IMG/VR virus record: IMGVR_UViG_3300037245_002311
Location: 1-52,473 of that record
Length of the DNA stretch: 52,473 bases
Source of the DNA: a virus
Lineage: Duplodnaviria > Caudoviricetes
Strand: one strand, 5' to 3'
The notes beneath the pieces are model-generated. The model was not told the DNA's origin and did no database searches. It saw nothing but the letters and a program-made list of their open reading frames with translations. Of this stretch, positions 9,261 through 16,894 are shown piece after piece; position 1 is the stretch's first letter; each line of letters opens with the position of its first letter. A program made the position numbers and the translations under genes.

Positions 9261-9479
9261 ATGACCGACACAAACCTCGACAGCTTCGTGACACGAACCA
9301 ACGAGCACTTTCTCGTGCCCGAGTATCGGGCGCAGCGAGGCGCTGGCTGGACGCTGCACACCGACAAGGCGCAGCGATTCACCTTCGGCGACGCGATCGT
9401 CGAGCACCGGCTGCACGAGCGCAGCACGGTCGTCGAGGCCTTCGCCGACGCGATCGAGCAGCTGGCAGCAGCCAGCTGA
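9261..9479 (+). CDS. Hypothetical protein
   Basis: Single-gene unit between P8 and P9. Confidence 0.7.
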   Translation: MTDTNLDSFVTRTNEHFLVPEYRAQRGAGWTLHTDKAQRFTFGDAIVEHRLHERSTVVEAFADAIEQLAAAS

Positions 9480-9487
9480 AAAAAGGC

Positions 9488-9514
9488 TCAAGTCCAGCCA
9501 GGTCTCGCCGATAA
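9488..9514 (+). promoter_or_regulatory. sigma28-like promoter P9
   Basis: TCAA-N15-GCCGATAA; ATG 7 nt later (9522). Confidence 0.8.
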
Positions 9515-9521
9515 GTAGTGC

Positions 9522-9746
9522 ATGACCGCGACGCAAAAAGGGGACACCATGACCGCCGAGATCGCCGAAGCCAAAGCTGATCACCTCGACACGATCGAGA
9601 CCTGCGAGGCCTACCTCGCCGACTACCAGGCGCACGTCGAGGCCGGCGGCAGCAACGCCGGCGCGCTCTTCAATATCACCGCCGCCGATTTCGCGAAGGC
9701 CCAGATCGCCTTCGAGCGCGACGCGATCGCGAAGCTCGAGGTCTAA
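9522..9746 (+). CDS. Hypothetical protein
   Basis: Second in-frame ATG 9549 after GGGGA. Confidence 0.7.
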   Translation: MTATQKGDTMTAEIAEAKADHLDTIETCEAYLADYQAHVEAGGSNAGALFNITAADFAKAQIAFERDAIAKLEV

Positions 9747-9756
9747 AGGGGCAGCC

Positions 9757-9987
9757 ATGAAAAAACACGTTCCGCAGAATCACGGGCTAATGCAGCGAAT
9801 CATCTCGGCCGAAAGGGTGAGCGAGCCGAGGCTCGAGCAGATCGTCGCGCTCGAATGCGGCCACGACTTCCGAGGCAACTGGACGACGTTATTTCCCCTC
9901 GGTGAGCTTTCGAGGTGTCGCGAATGCTTGTCGCCGAACGCTGACCCGACGAGCAGCCACTTCACTGGGGAAAAAGGCTCAAGTTAG
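9757..9987 (+). CDS. Hypothetical protein with Cys/His cluster
   Basis: GGGG RBS; LECGH...CREC. Confidence 0.65.
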   Translation: MKKHVPQNHGLMQRIISAERVSEPRLEQIVALECGHDFRGNWTTLFPLGELSRCRECLSPNADPTSSHFTGEKGSS

Positions 9988-10006
9988 AAGCTCGATCGAC
10001 CGTTAA
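9979..10006 (+). promoter_or_regulatory. sigma28-like promoter P10
   Basis: TCAA-N16-ACCGTTAA; ATG 7 nt later (10014). Confidence 0.75.
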
Positions 10007-10013
10007 GGTGAGC

Positions 10014-10343
10014 ATGACCGCGACAAAAACCGCAAACCGAAAAGGGGCAGCCATGCAGCGACCTAATGACCCGATCACCCGCCTCGCCGACGTGGCGATG
10101 CACCTTTTCGCCGATCTCGCGGCCGCAGCTGGCCCCGAGGCGCCCTTCGCCCAGGCGCGCGAGCAGCTGGGCGATCGCTTCTTCACGGCCGCGACCGACG
10201 GCCTGCGCGCAGGGCTGAAGGCTCTGCTCACCGACGACCAGGTCGTCGCTGATCTCGATGCGGTCGGCCAGGCTGCGGCCGCTGAGCGTCTGCTCGGCGT
10301 CGCCCAGGCTGGGATCGACGCAGTGATCGAGGCCGCGGCATGA
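10014..10343 (+). CDS. Hypothetical protein
   Basis: Second in-frame ATG 10053 after GGGG. Confidence 0.7.
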   Translation: MTATKTANRKGAAMQRPNDPITRLADVAMHLFADLAAAAGPEAPFAQAREQLGDRFFTAATDGLRAGLKALLTDDQVVADLDAVGQAAAAERLLGVAQAGIDAVIEAAA

Positions 10344-10492
10344 CGATCGAAGAGCTGCGGCAGAGACTTCACGAGATCTGGCTCGAGCACGGCGACGTCG
10401 AGGTGCTGATCGACGACCGAGGCGTCGAGCCGAAGCTCGAGATCGACATCGTCGACGAAGAGACCGGCCGGCTCGCAGTTTGGATCGGCTGA
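10340..10492 (+). CDS. Small hypothetical protein (50 aa, not in ORF track)
   Basis: ATGA coupling; MTIEELRQRLHEIWLEHGDVEV. Confidence 0.65.
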   Translation: MTIEELRQRLHEIWLEHGDVEVLIDDRGVEPKLEIDIVDEETGRLAVWIG

Positions 10493-10518
10493 GCTTCGTC
10501 GCTTGAAAGGGGGAAATC

Positions 10519-10809
10519 ATGCACGAAAAAACCGAGGCAGCGACCAGGGGCGCGATTCAGCGCGCGATCGACACTCGAGCGTGGAATCTCACCGGCCAGC
10601 CAGTGCGCCTGGTCGTCGACCGGCTTCGCGGCGGCCAAGGCCCCGAGCTTCACTTCGGCACGATCACCCTCGTGACGGGCTCAGTCGTCGAGCTGGCAAG
10701 CGACGGCACGGGCAGCTGCCTGCTCAGCACCTTCGAGATCGTCAGGGTCGACGCCGCGACCGCCGAAGATCTCGAAAAGGCTAAAGCCCGGCGGCCGGCT
10801 GCCCGATAA
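10519..10809 (+). CDS. Hypothetical protein
   Basis: GGGGG RBS; stop TAA is part of the P11 -10 element. Confidence 0.7.
   Translation: MHEKTEAATRGAIQRAIDTRAWNLTGQPVRLVVDRLRGGQGPELHFGTITLVTGSVVELASDGTGSCLLSTFEIVRVDAATAEDLEKAKARRPAAR
10782..10809 (+). promoter_or_regulatory. sigma28-like promoter P11
   Basis: TAAA-N16-CCCGATAA; ATG 7 nt later (10817). Confidence 0.7.
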
Positions 10810-10816
10810 GGTGAGC

Positions 10817-10951
10817 ATGACCGACACCGACCGACCCGCGAATGACCGGCTCGAGCTTCCTGCCGACGTGGCAGCCCTCGAGGCGGCGATCGCAGATCTC
10901 GACCCTGAAGAGCAGGCGCTGGTCGCCGCGATTCAGGCCGCCCAGGGCTAA
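10817..10951 (+). CDS. Small acidic protein (44 aa, not in ORF track)
   Basis: MTDTDRPANDRLELPADVAALEAAIADLDPEEQALVAAIQAAQG, directly after P11. Confidence 0.6.
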   Translation: MTDTDRPANDRLELPADVAALEAAIADLDPEEQALVAAIQAAQG

Positions 10952-10990
10952 CAGGCGGGCCCGACTCCCAGGGCCTACTCGCCAGAGGGC

Positions 10991-11020
10991 CGCCCCCTTC
11001 GACCGTTCACGAAGGGGGCG
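10991..11020. terminator. 11-bp GC hairpin (terminator or RNA-stabilising element)
   Basis: CGCCCCCTTCG-ACCGTTCA-CGAAGGGGGCG, intergenic; no clear U-tract. Confidence 0.4.
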
Positions 11021-11078
11021 CGCTCGCTCTGCCGATCATTCTGCCGATTGAATTCGCCCCGAATCTGCCCTTTTTCGC

Positions 11079-11105
11079 TCAAGTTTGGCCGAGGCTCGCC
11101 GATAA
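11079..11105 (+). promoter_or_regulatory. sigma28-like promoter P12
   Basis: TCAAGTTT, TCAA-N15-GCCGATAA; ATG 7 nt later (11113). Confidence 0.8.
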
Positions 11106-11112
11106 GGTGAGC

Positions 11113-11310
11113 ATGACCGACGCACACCGACTCGAGACCGAAACCGGAAACCCGCTCATGCCGACGACCGCAGTCGTCGACTGCCCCGAGTGCCCGCAGG
11201 CGGGCCCTGGGCACACTCAGCTCGAGCTGCTCGCAGACGGCGGCGCGACCTGCCCGAACTGCAGCCGCTGGTGGGCCGACGCGAAAGCGCTGGTCGAGGC
11301 CGCACGATGA
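11113..11310 (+). CDS. Small Zn-ribbon protein
   Basis: CPEC...CPNC. Confidence 0.7.
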   Translation: MTDAHRLETETGNPLMPTTAVVDCPECPQAGPGHTQLELLADGGATCPNCSRWWADAKALVEAAR

Positions 11311-12242
11311 GGGCCGTCGATCTCTTCGCCGGCGCTGGCGGATTCACCCAGGGCGCGAGCCAGGCCGGCGTCGACGTCGTCTGGGCCGCGAATCACTGGC
11401 AGATCGCAGTCGATGCGCACTCGGCGAATCACCCGAGCGCGATTCACGTCTGCCAGGATCTGCAGCAGGCCGACTTCACGCAACTGCCCGAGCATGAGCT
11501 GCTGCTCGCGAGCCCGGCGTGCCAGGGGCACTCGAAAGCTCGAGGCGTCGACCGACCGCAGCACGACGTCACCAGGGCGACCGCCTGGGCAGTGATCGCA
11601 GCCGTCGAGGCCGCGATGCCTCAGGCCCTGATCGTCGAGAACGTGCCCGAATTCGCCGACTGGCAACTCTTTCCGATCTGGCGCCAGGCCCTCGAGGCCT
11701 ACGGTTACCAGGTCAGCACCCAGGTGCTCGACGCTGCCGACGCCGGCACGCCCCAGCATCGAGAGCGGCTCTTCGTCGTCGGCTCTCGCCAGGGCGCGAT
11801 CGACATCGAGGCCCCTCAGGCCGAGCACGTGCCCGCCTCGAGCTTCATCGACTTCGAGTCTGGCAGCTGGTCTGCGATCGATAAGCCGGGCCGCGCTCAG
11901 AAGACCCTCGACCGCATCGCCCGCGGCCGGCTCGAATTCGGCACGACGCCCTTTCTCGCGCCCTATTACGGCAGCGGCTCAGGGAAGACTGGCCGCAGCC
12001 TCGACCGCCCGATCGGCACGATCACGACCCGCGACCGCTGGTCACTGATCAAGGGCGACCGCATGAGAATGCTCACCGTCGCCGAGTATGCCGCCGCTAT
12101 GGGCTTCCCTCGGGGCTACGTGCTCGAGACCAGCCGAAAAAAGGCGATTCACCTGCTCGGCAACGCCGTGCCGCCGCAGCTGGCCGCGCACGTGATCAGC
12201 CAGGTCGCCGGCCAGATCGAGCAGGCCGAGCAGGCGGCATGA
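11307..12242 (+). CDS. DNA (cytosine-5) methyltransferase
   Basis: DLFAGAGG (motif I), SPACQGHS (IV), ENV (VI), QHRERLF (VIII), GNAVPP (X). Confidence 0.92.
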   Translation: MRAVDLFAGAGGFTQGASQAGVDVVWAANHWQIAVDAHSANHPSAIHVCQDLQQADFTQLPEHELLLASPACQGHSKARGVDRPQHDVTRATAWAVIAAVEAAMPQALIVENVPEFADWQLFPIWRQALEAYGYQVSTQVLDAADAGTPQHRERLFVVGSRQGAIDIEAPQAEHVPASSFIDFESGSWSAIDKPGRAQKTLDRIARGRLEFGTTPFLAPYYGSGSGKTGRSLDRPIGTITTRDRWSLIKGDRMRMLTVAEYAAAMGFPRGYVLETSRKKAIHLLGNAVPPQLAAHVISQVAGQIEQAEQAA

Positions 12243-12270
12243 GTTTTTTCGATCGGCCGTCACTTTTCGC

Positions 12271-12298
12271 TCAAGGCTGGGCACTAACAGGCCGATAA
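12271..12298 (+). promoter_or_regulatory. sigma28-like promoter P13
   Basis: TCAA-N16-GCCGATAA; ATG 7 nt later (12306) opens a 9-codon uORF. Confidence 0.75.
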
Positions 12299-12336
12299 GT
12301 AGTGCATGACAGCGAGACAAACGGCAGGGGGATGAA

Positions 12337-12435
12337 ATGACGACTCGAGCTTTCTTCGGTTTTATGGTTTTCTTCACGACCTTCGTGGCTGGCATGGTCT
12401 GCCTGCTGAGTGCCGCGACCGGCGGGTGCCTGTAG
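12337..12435 (+). CDS. Small membrane peptide (32 aa)
   Basis: MTTRAFFGFMVFFTTFVAGMVCLLSAATGGCL after GGGGG RBS. Confidence 0.55.
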   Translation: MTTRAFFGFMVFFTTFVAGMVCLLSAATGGCL

Positions 12436-12662
12436 TGGGCGACTTTCAGACCGCCGCCGACATCGAGGCCGCCGACTTCGACGAGCACCTCGAGCAGCTC
12501 ACGCGCTCGAGGCTCGTCTCGAGGGCCGCCCAGGTCGCACCGCATTCGATCGACTTCGATCGGCTGGCCCTCGAGGTCGACCTGGTCGCCTTCGATCGCG
12601 ACCAGGTGCGAAAGGTCGAGACGATCGACCGGCACGACGGCCTCGACGACTTCGCCGAATAG
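12435..12662 (+). CDS. Hypothetical acidic protein
   Basis: TAGTG coupling; within ORF 12426..12662. Confidence 0.55.
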   Translation: MGDFQTAADIEAADFDEHLEQLTRSRLVSRAAQVAPHSIDFDRLALEVDLVAFDRDQVRKVETIDRHDGLDDFAE

Positions 12663-12731
12663 CGGGCAGCCGAAAAAACTGCCCCAGGGCAGCCGCGGCA
12701 TGGTAAGCTGGCGCTTTTTCGAGGTGACCCG

Positions 12732-13088
12732 ATGTCGAATGCGCTGAAACCGAGCAAGCCCCAGCAGGCTCTGCTGAACCCAGTCGCCAGATCGAAGCTC
12801 GACGAGACGAAAACGAAGGTGAAGGCGCTCGAGAATATGGCGAACGATGCGAGCGACGAGGTGCAGCTCGATCTCGTGCGGTCGCTGGTCTCGAATCAAC
12901 TCGTGCACGTCACCGATCAGATCGAGCAGACGGCGGTCAGCCTCCGCAGCTTCGACATCGGCAGAGACGGCGAGAAGGCGCGGGCTGAATATCAGGCGCT
13001 GCTCGCCGACCAGGTGACGCTCTGCGACGATATCGTCGAATCGCTGGCCCACGTGACCGACCGAATCGCCGAGTGCTTCGAGCAGTGA
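12732..13088 (+). CDS. Hypothetical helical protein
   Basis: GAGG RBS; extended -10-like TGGTAAGCT at 12701-12709. Confidence 0.7.
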   Translation: MSNALKPSKPQQALLNPVARSKLDETKTKVKALENMANDASDEVQLDLVRSLVSNQLVHVTDQIEQTAVSLRSFDIGRDGEKARAEYQALLADQVTLCDDIVESLAHVTDRIAECFEQ

Positions 13089-13345
13089 GCGAGCGAGACG
13101 AAGAGAAGGCCACACTCAAGGCGCTCGAGGCGCTCACCGACGCGACACCGCCGCCGAATATCACGAGTAACCCTGGCGACCTGCTGATGGTGCTCGACTT
13201 TGCGATTCGGCACCTCGACGGCATTCGAAACACCAGGCCGAGCGATCGCATCGCAGTGCTCGCCTCGGCGAAGGCAACGAAGATCGCGCTCGATACGTGG
13301 ATCGCGCTGGCAGAGAAAGAGATCGCCGGCGAGGCGCCGAACTGA
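13085..13345 (+). CDS. Hypothetical protein
   Basis: GTGA coupling. Confidence 0.65.
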   Translation: MSERDEEKATLKALEALTDATPPPNITSNPGDLLMVLDFAIRHLDGIRNTRPSDRIAVLASAKATKIALDTWIALAEKEIAGEAPN

Positions 13346-13365
13346 CTCAGCTCTGGGGGGGGCTT

Positions 13366-13605
13366 ATGGCGACGAAGACTCGAGGGGGCAAGCGGCGAGC
13401 GTGGAAACGAATCCACCCTGGCGGCGGCGGCGACCCGTATCACGCCGAGGTGATCGAAGTCTATGGGAAGATCGGCGGAAAGAAGCGCGGCTCGCACTAT
13501 TCGATCACGAAGCACGGCGTCGCCGGCGCGAATGCACTGGCCGACGGCTGGCTCGAGCGACATCGAGCGCAGGCTGCGAAATTCGAAGCAGGGGGGAAAT
13601 CATGA
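13366..13605 (+). CDS. Possible AP2-like DNA-binding protein
   Basis: G-run RBS; GKKRGSHYSITKHGVAGANALADGW resembles the AP2 C-terminal pattern. Confidence 0.5.
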   Translation: MATKTRGGKRRAWKRIHPGGGGDPYHAEVIEVYGKIGGKKRGSHYSITKHGVAGANALADGWLERHRAQAAKFEAGGKS

Positions 13606-13883
13606 GCACGAGAGACCTGCGCGATCAGTCGCGCGACTTCGAGACCTGCGGAAATAAGCGGCTCACCGATCTCCGCCTGAATGCCTGGGGCTTCGAGCTT
13701 TTCGTCGAGAGTTACTGGGATCAGATCGAGAAAATGATCACCAGCGGCGGCGTGCCGCCCGATCGCGAGCCCGACCTGGTGCTCGAGCTGACCTATCGCG
13801 GCATGAAGATCACGCTCGACCCAGGCCCAGGCCTGGCTGCCTGGGATCGCCCCGAGAAAGCAACCGCCGAGGCCGGATCATGA
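13602..13883 (+). CDS. Hypothetical protein
   Basis: GGGGGG RBS, ATGA coupling. Confidence 0.7.
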   Translation: MSTRDLRDQSRDFETCGNKRLTDLRLNAWGFELFVESYWDQIEKMITSGGVPPDREPDLVLELTYRGMKITLDPGPGLAAWDRPEKATAEAGS

Positions 13884-14449
13884 GCGCCCGACGCTGGCCC
13901 GCAGAGCACCCGACCGACAAGCGACCCTGCCTGGTCTGCGAGGTGAAGCCCGTCGTCATGAAGCAGAGCCAGGTCGACCAGGTCGGCCGATGCGCAAACT
14001 GCTCGACGCCTTACGCCTTCCGAGACGATGCCGGCGAACTACTCGAGCTGCTCGAGTGTGCACTCGACGCCCAACTGCTGGCTGCAGCTCGTGAGGCCTG
14101 GGCCTCGATGCACCTTCAGATTCAGATCAGGCCCTGGCTGCTGAAAGACTGGCCGATCTGCACCTCAGCCTCCCAGGCTCACGCCGATCGCATCGAGGTC
14201 GGCGACCCTCAGCTGACCGACTTCGAGCGCTACATCGATCACCATCGGGCCGCCTGGCTGGTGCGGCCTGACCCGAACCAGCTCGACGAGCGCCTGACCG
14301 TGCAGGGCCGCGGCCGCGCTGCCTGCTGGGTGCGCCAGATCCCAGGCCAGAAGACGAAGATCGAGCACGGCGCGCTGCGCATCGATCCGGTCGACCTGCC
14401 CGAGGGCTCGAGAATCACGATCGAAAAACCAGGGGGTTTCACCGAATGA
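13880..14449 (+). CDS. Hypothetical protein with N-terminal Zn finger
   Basis: CLVC...CANC. Confidence 0.65.
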   Translation: MSARRWPAEHPTDKRPCLVCEVKPVVMKQSQVDQVGRCANCSTPYAFRDDAGELLELLECALDAQLLAAAREAWASMHLQIQIRPWLLKDWPICTSASQAHADRIEVGDPQLTDFERYIDHHRAAWLVRPDPNQLDERLTVQGRGRAACWVRQIPGQKTKIEHGALRIDPVDLPEGSRITIEKPGGFTE

Positions 14450-14775
14450 GCGACCTTCACCTCGTGCTCGACTGGGTGCTCTGGCTGCTGCTGATCTCGA
14501 GCTGGGTTTTCGAGATCGTCGTGCGACGGCAGCGAAAGCAACGCGACGACCTGATCGCGAAGAATAAAGGCCTCAGGGCCCAGGTCGACGCGAATTCGGC
14601 CGGCGTGCTGAAGTGCTGCGTCGAGATCGTCGTGCTGATCTGGGCGGGGCTCGACAAGAGCCCGGAGCGCGAAGCCTTCGCGGTCTCACGTGCGATCGAG
14701 CGGCTCGAGAAGGTGCGCAACCTCTTGAAAGAGCTGCGCGAAGAGCTTGAAAAGGTCAGGGCAGGGGCAGATTGA
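14446..14775 (+). CDS. Membrane-anchored coiled-coil protein
   Basis: N-terminal hydrophobic helix; ATGA coupling. Confidence 0.65.
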   Translation: MSDLHLVLDWVLWLLLISSWVFEIVVRRQRKQRDDLIAKNKGLRAQVDANSAGVLKCCVEIVVLIWAGLDKSPEREAFAVSRAIERLEKVRNLLKELREELEKVRAGAD

Positions 14776-15332
14776 TGCTCTTTCTGCGCGATCACCGCAC
14801 GCTGATCCTCGAGGGCATAAAGACCGAGACCAGGCGGCCGCATAGTCGACCGGTGAGCAGGCCTGGCGGCTCGCAGCGCACTCGGCTCGGCCGCCGGCCA
14901 GCGAGGCCCGAGGCTCTGCGGAAATTCTACACTCGGCCGGCATTCTGCAGGCCTGCCGGCGTGCCCTTCTGCACGTCACTGATTCTCGACTGCCAGCTCG
15001 AGCCGCTGGGCGACATCGACGCCGCCGGCGCCTATGCCGAGGGCTACTCGACCGTGCAGGGCTTCGTCGACGTCTGGAATCGAATATGGGGCGCCGGCAG
15101 CTTCGAGGCCCAGGCCGACGAAGAGATCTGGGTCGTGAAGTTTAAGCTGATCGAGCAGCTCGCCTGCGCGACGTGCGGAATTCCGAAGACGGTCGGCGGC
15201 TCGTTTCTCGAGGTCGGGCTTTCTGGATTCACCCAGGCCGAGCAGTGCTGGGCCTGCCGGCGTGGCGACATCGAGCGCGGCGAGTGGAAGGCAGGCGGCG
15301 GCGACGAGCCCAGGCGCGAACTCTACGCTTGA
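14775..15332 (+). CDS. ASCH-domain protein
   Basis: ILEGIKTETRR and LGDI...AYAEG...W...IWVVKF; C-terminal CxxC pair. Confidence 0.8.
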   Translation: MLFLRDHRTLILEGIKTETRRPHSRPVSRPGGSQRTRLGRRPARPEALRKFYTRPAFCRPAGVPFCTSLILDCQLEPLGDIDAAGAYAEGYSTVQGFVDVWNRIWGAGSFEAQADEEIWVVKFKLIEQLACATCGIPKTVGGSFLEVGLSGFTQAEQCWACRRGDIERGEWKAGGGDEPRRELYA

Positions 15333-15357
15333 CATCGTAAAGGGGCAGCCGCAGAAT
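15329..15357 (+). promoter_or_regulatory. sigma70-like promoter
   Basis: TTGACA-N17-CAGAAT upstream of gene at 15392. Confidence 0.55.
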
Positions 15358-15391
15358 CACCTGGCTGAATCGAAATCGGAGGCGGCACTTA

Positions 15392-15757
15392 ATGGCGAAG
15401 AAGCGAAATCTGCATGCACTGCCCAGGCCGAAGAAGGCCTACCCGAAGAAGCCGCACGACTGCGATCACGACGGCCGCAAATTTGAACTGCAGGGCACCG
15501 TGCAGCCGGCGATCGCCTTCAATAAAGAGATCGGGCCCGACGACCCCGACCGCCAGGTGGTCGGGCACGTGCTGGCGCTCGGGCTCGTCAAGTGCGACGA
15601 ATGCGGGCAGCCCTTTCGATTCTTGAATCTTCCGACGAAGGGCAACCTACTGCAGGGCCCGCTGATGTCGCGGCAGAATCTGCAGCTGACGACACCCGTC
15701 GAGCCAGATACGAAAATCATCGCACCCGACAGCGCTGCGATTCTCGTGCCCCGGTGA
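15392..15757 (+). CDS. Hypothetical protein
   Basis: GGAGG RBS; CDH...CDECG. Confidence 0.7.
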   Translation: MAKKRNLHALPRPKKAYPKKPHDCDHDGRKFELQGTVQPAIAFNKEIGPDDPDRQVVGHVLALGLVKCDECGQPFRFLNLPTKGNLLQGPLMSRQNLQLTTPVEPDTKIIAPDSAAILVPR

Positions 15758-16377
15758 TCGGCTGGACGCTTCACTCTCGACGAGAGCTTCGAAAGGTCTG
15801 CTTAACAAAGGGCGCACACTTCGACAGCTGGCTCGACTACGTGCGCGACCTGATCGAGTTTCACGGCCGCAACTCTCGAATTGCCTACCAGGCTGCCATG
15901 CACAACGTCGAGCACGCCCTGCACTTCTGCGACTGGCGACTGTGGGCGATGTCGGTCGGCGGTCAGCCTGAAGGCGTGCGGATCGTTCACTTCTGCCGAA
16001 AGGCGATCGGGCACACTGGCGCGCACTCGCCGATCACACCCTCGACCCTTTACTGCTCACTCTGGTGGCGAGGCACTGAGCCGCCGCCGCCGATCGCCTT
16101 TCCGCCGCCCAGGCTGAAAAATTGCCGCTGCATCCTGGTGACTGAGGGCAGATCGCCGCTCACCGGCCTGGCCGCGATGCTGAACGGCGCGACCGTCAGC
16201 ACCGAGCTGACGCCGGAAGCTGCGCCAGGAATCGAGGCGATATTCGACGCAGTGCAGGAGTCGCGGCCAGAACTCAATACTGCTCGAGGGGGCCTGAGCC
16301 CAGAGCGGCTCGAGCGCCTGAACACGCCAGATCCGAGGGCGTATGAGTCGCCGATGAATCGAAAGGGGAAAAAGTGA
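15754..16377 (+). CDS. Hypothetical protein
   Basis: GTGA coupling within ORF 15592..16377. Confidence 0.6.
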   Translation: MIGWTLHSRRELRKVCLTKGAHFDSWLDYVRDLIEFHGRNSRIAYQAAMHNVEHALHFCDWRLWAMSVGGQPEGVRIVHFCRKAIGHTGAHSPITPSTLYCSLWWRGTEPPPPIAFPPPRLKNCRCILVTEGRSPLTGLAAMLNGATVSTELTPEAAPGIEAIFDAVQESRPELNTARGGLSPERLERLNTPDPRAYESPMNRKGKK

Positions 16378-16598
16378 AGCTCATTATCGAGACGCGAAAC
16401 GGATTCTATGACGGCTGGCTGGCTGAGATTCTCGGCCTCGAGCTGCCCGAGGGGCTCGACGACCAGGGCGTCGAGAGCGGGCGACAGACGGCAGCCGAAA
16501 GCGGCGAGCCCTGCCTGCTTCTGCGGGCACTGAGGCTCGAGCTTTCGCAGGGGGTGCGGAATCTCAAGGCGAGCTTTCAGCTCGAGGTGCGCGACTGA
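16374..16598 (+). CDS. Hypothetical protein
   Basis: GGGG RBS, GTGA coupling. Confidence 0.65.
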   Translation: MKLIIETRNGFYDGWLAEILGLELPEGLDDQGVESGRQTAAESGEPCLLLRALRLELSQGVRNLKASFQLEVRD

Positions 16599-16894
16599 TG
16601 AATGCTGACGACCTTCACCGCTACTGGCAGCTGCTGAACGAAACGATCGACATCGGCATGAGCCGCTTCACCGAGCAGGTCGACCGCATCGAGGCCGCAG
16701 CCGAGAAGATCGCGAAGGCGAGCGAGCCGCCGCGATATGAGGTCAGGACGATTGACCGCGAGACGATCGAGGCGGCCGTGCGCGACCTGATCGAGCGGGG
16801 CTATTCCGACGAGCAGATTCTCGGGAAATTGAAGAAGAGAGCAGGCTGGCGCTGGCGGCGCTTCGTCGGGCGCCTGAAGCTGGTGCTGCGCTGA
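16598..16894 (+). CDS. Hypothetical protein
   Basis: TGATG coupling. Confidence 0.65.
   Translation: MNADDLHRYWQLLNETIDIGMSRFTEQVDRIEAAAEKIAKASEPPRYEVRTIDRETIEAAVRDLIERGYSDEQILGKLKKRAGWRWRRFVGRLKLVLR

Noticed and set aside
111-12310. Repeated element read as a CRISPR array or integron attC sites
   Set aside because: Copies are separated by whole genes of variable length, the middle is a fixed-length variable spacer between two boxes, there is no attC dyad symmetry, and no cas or integrase gene is present
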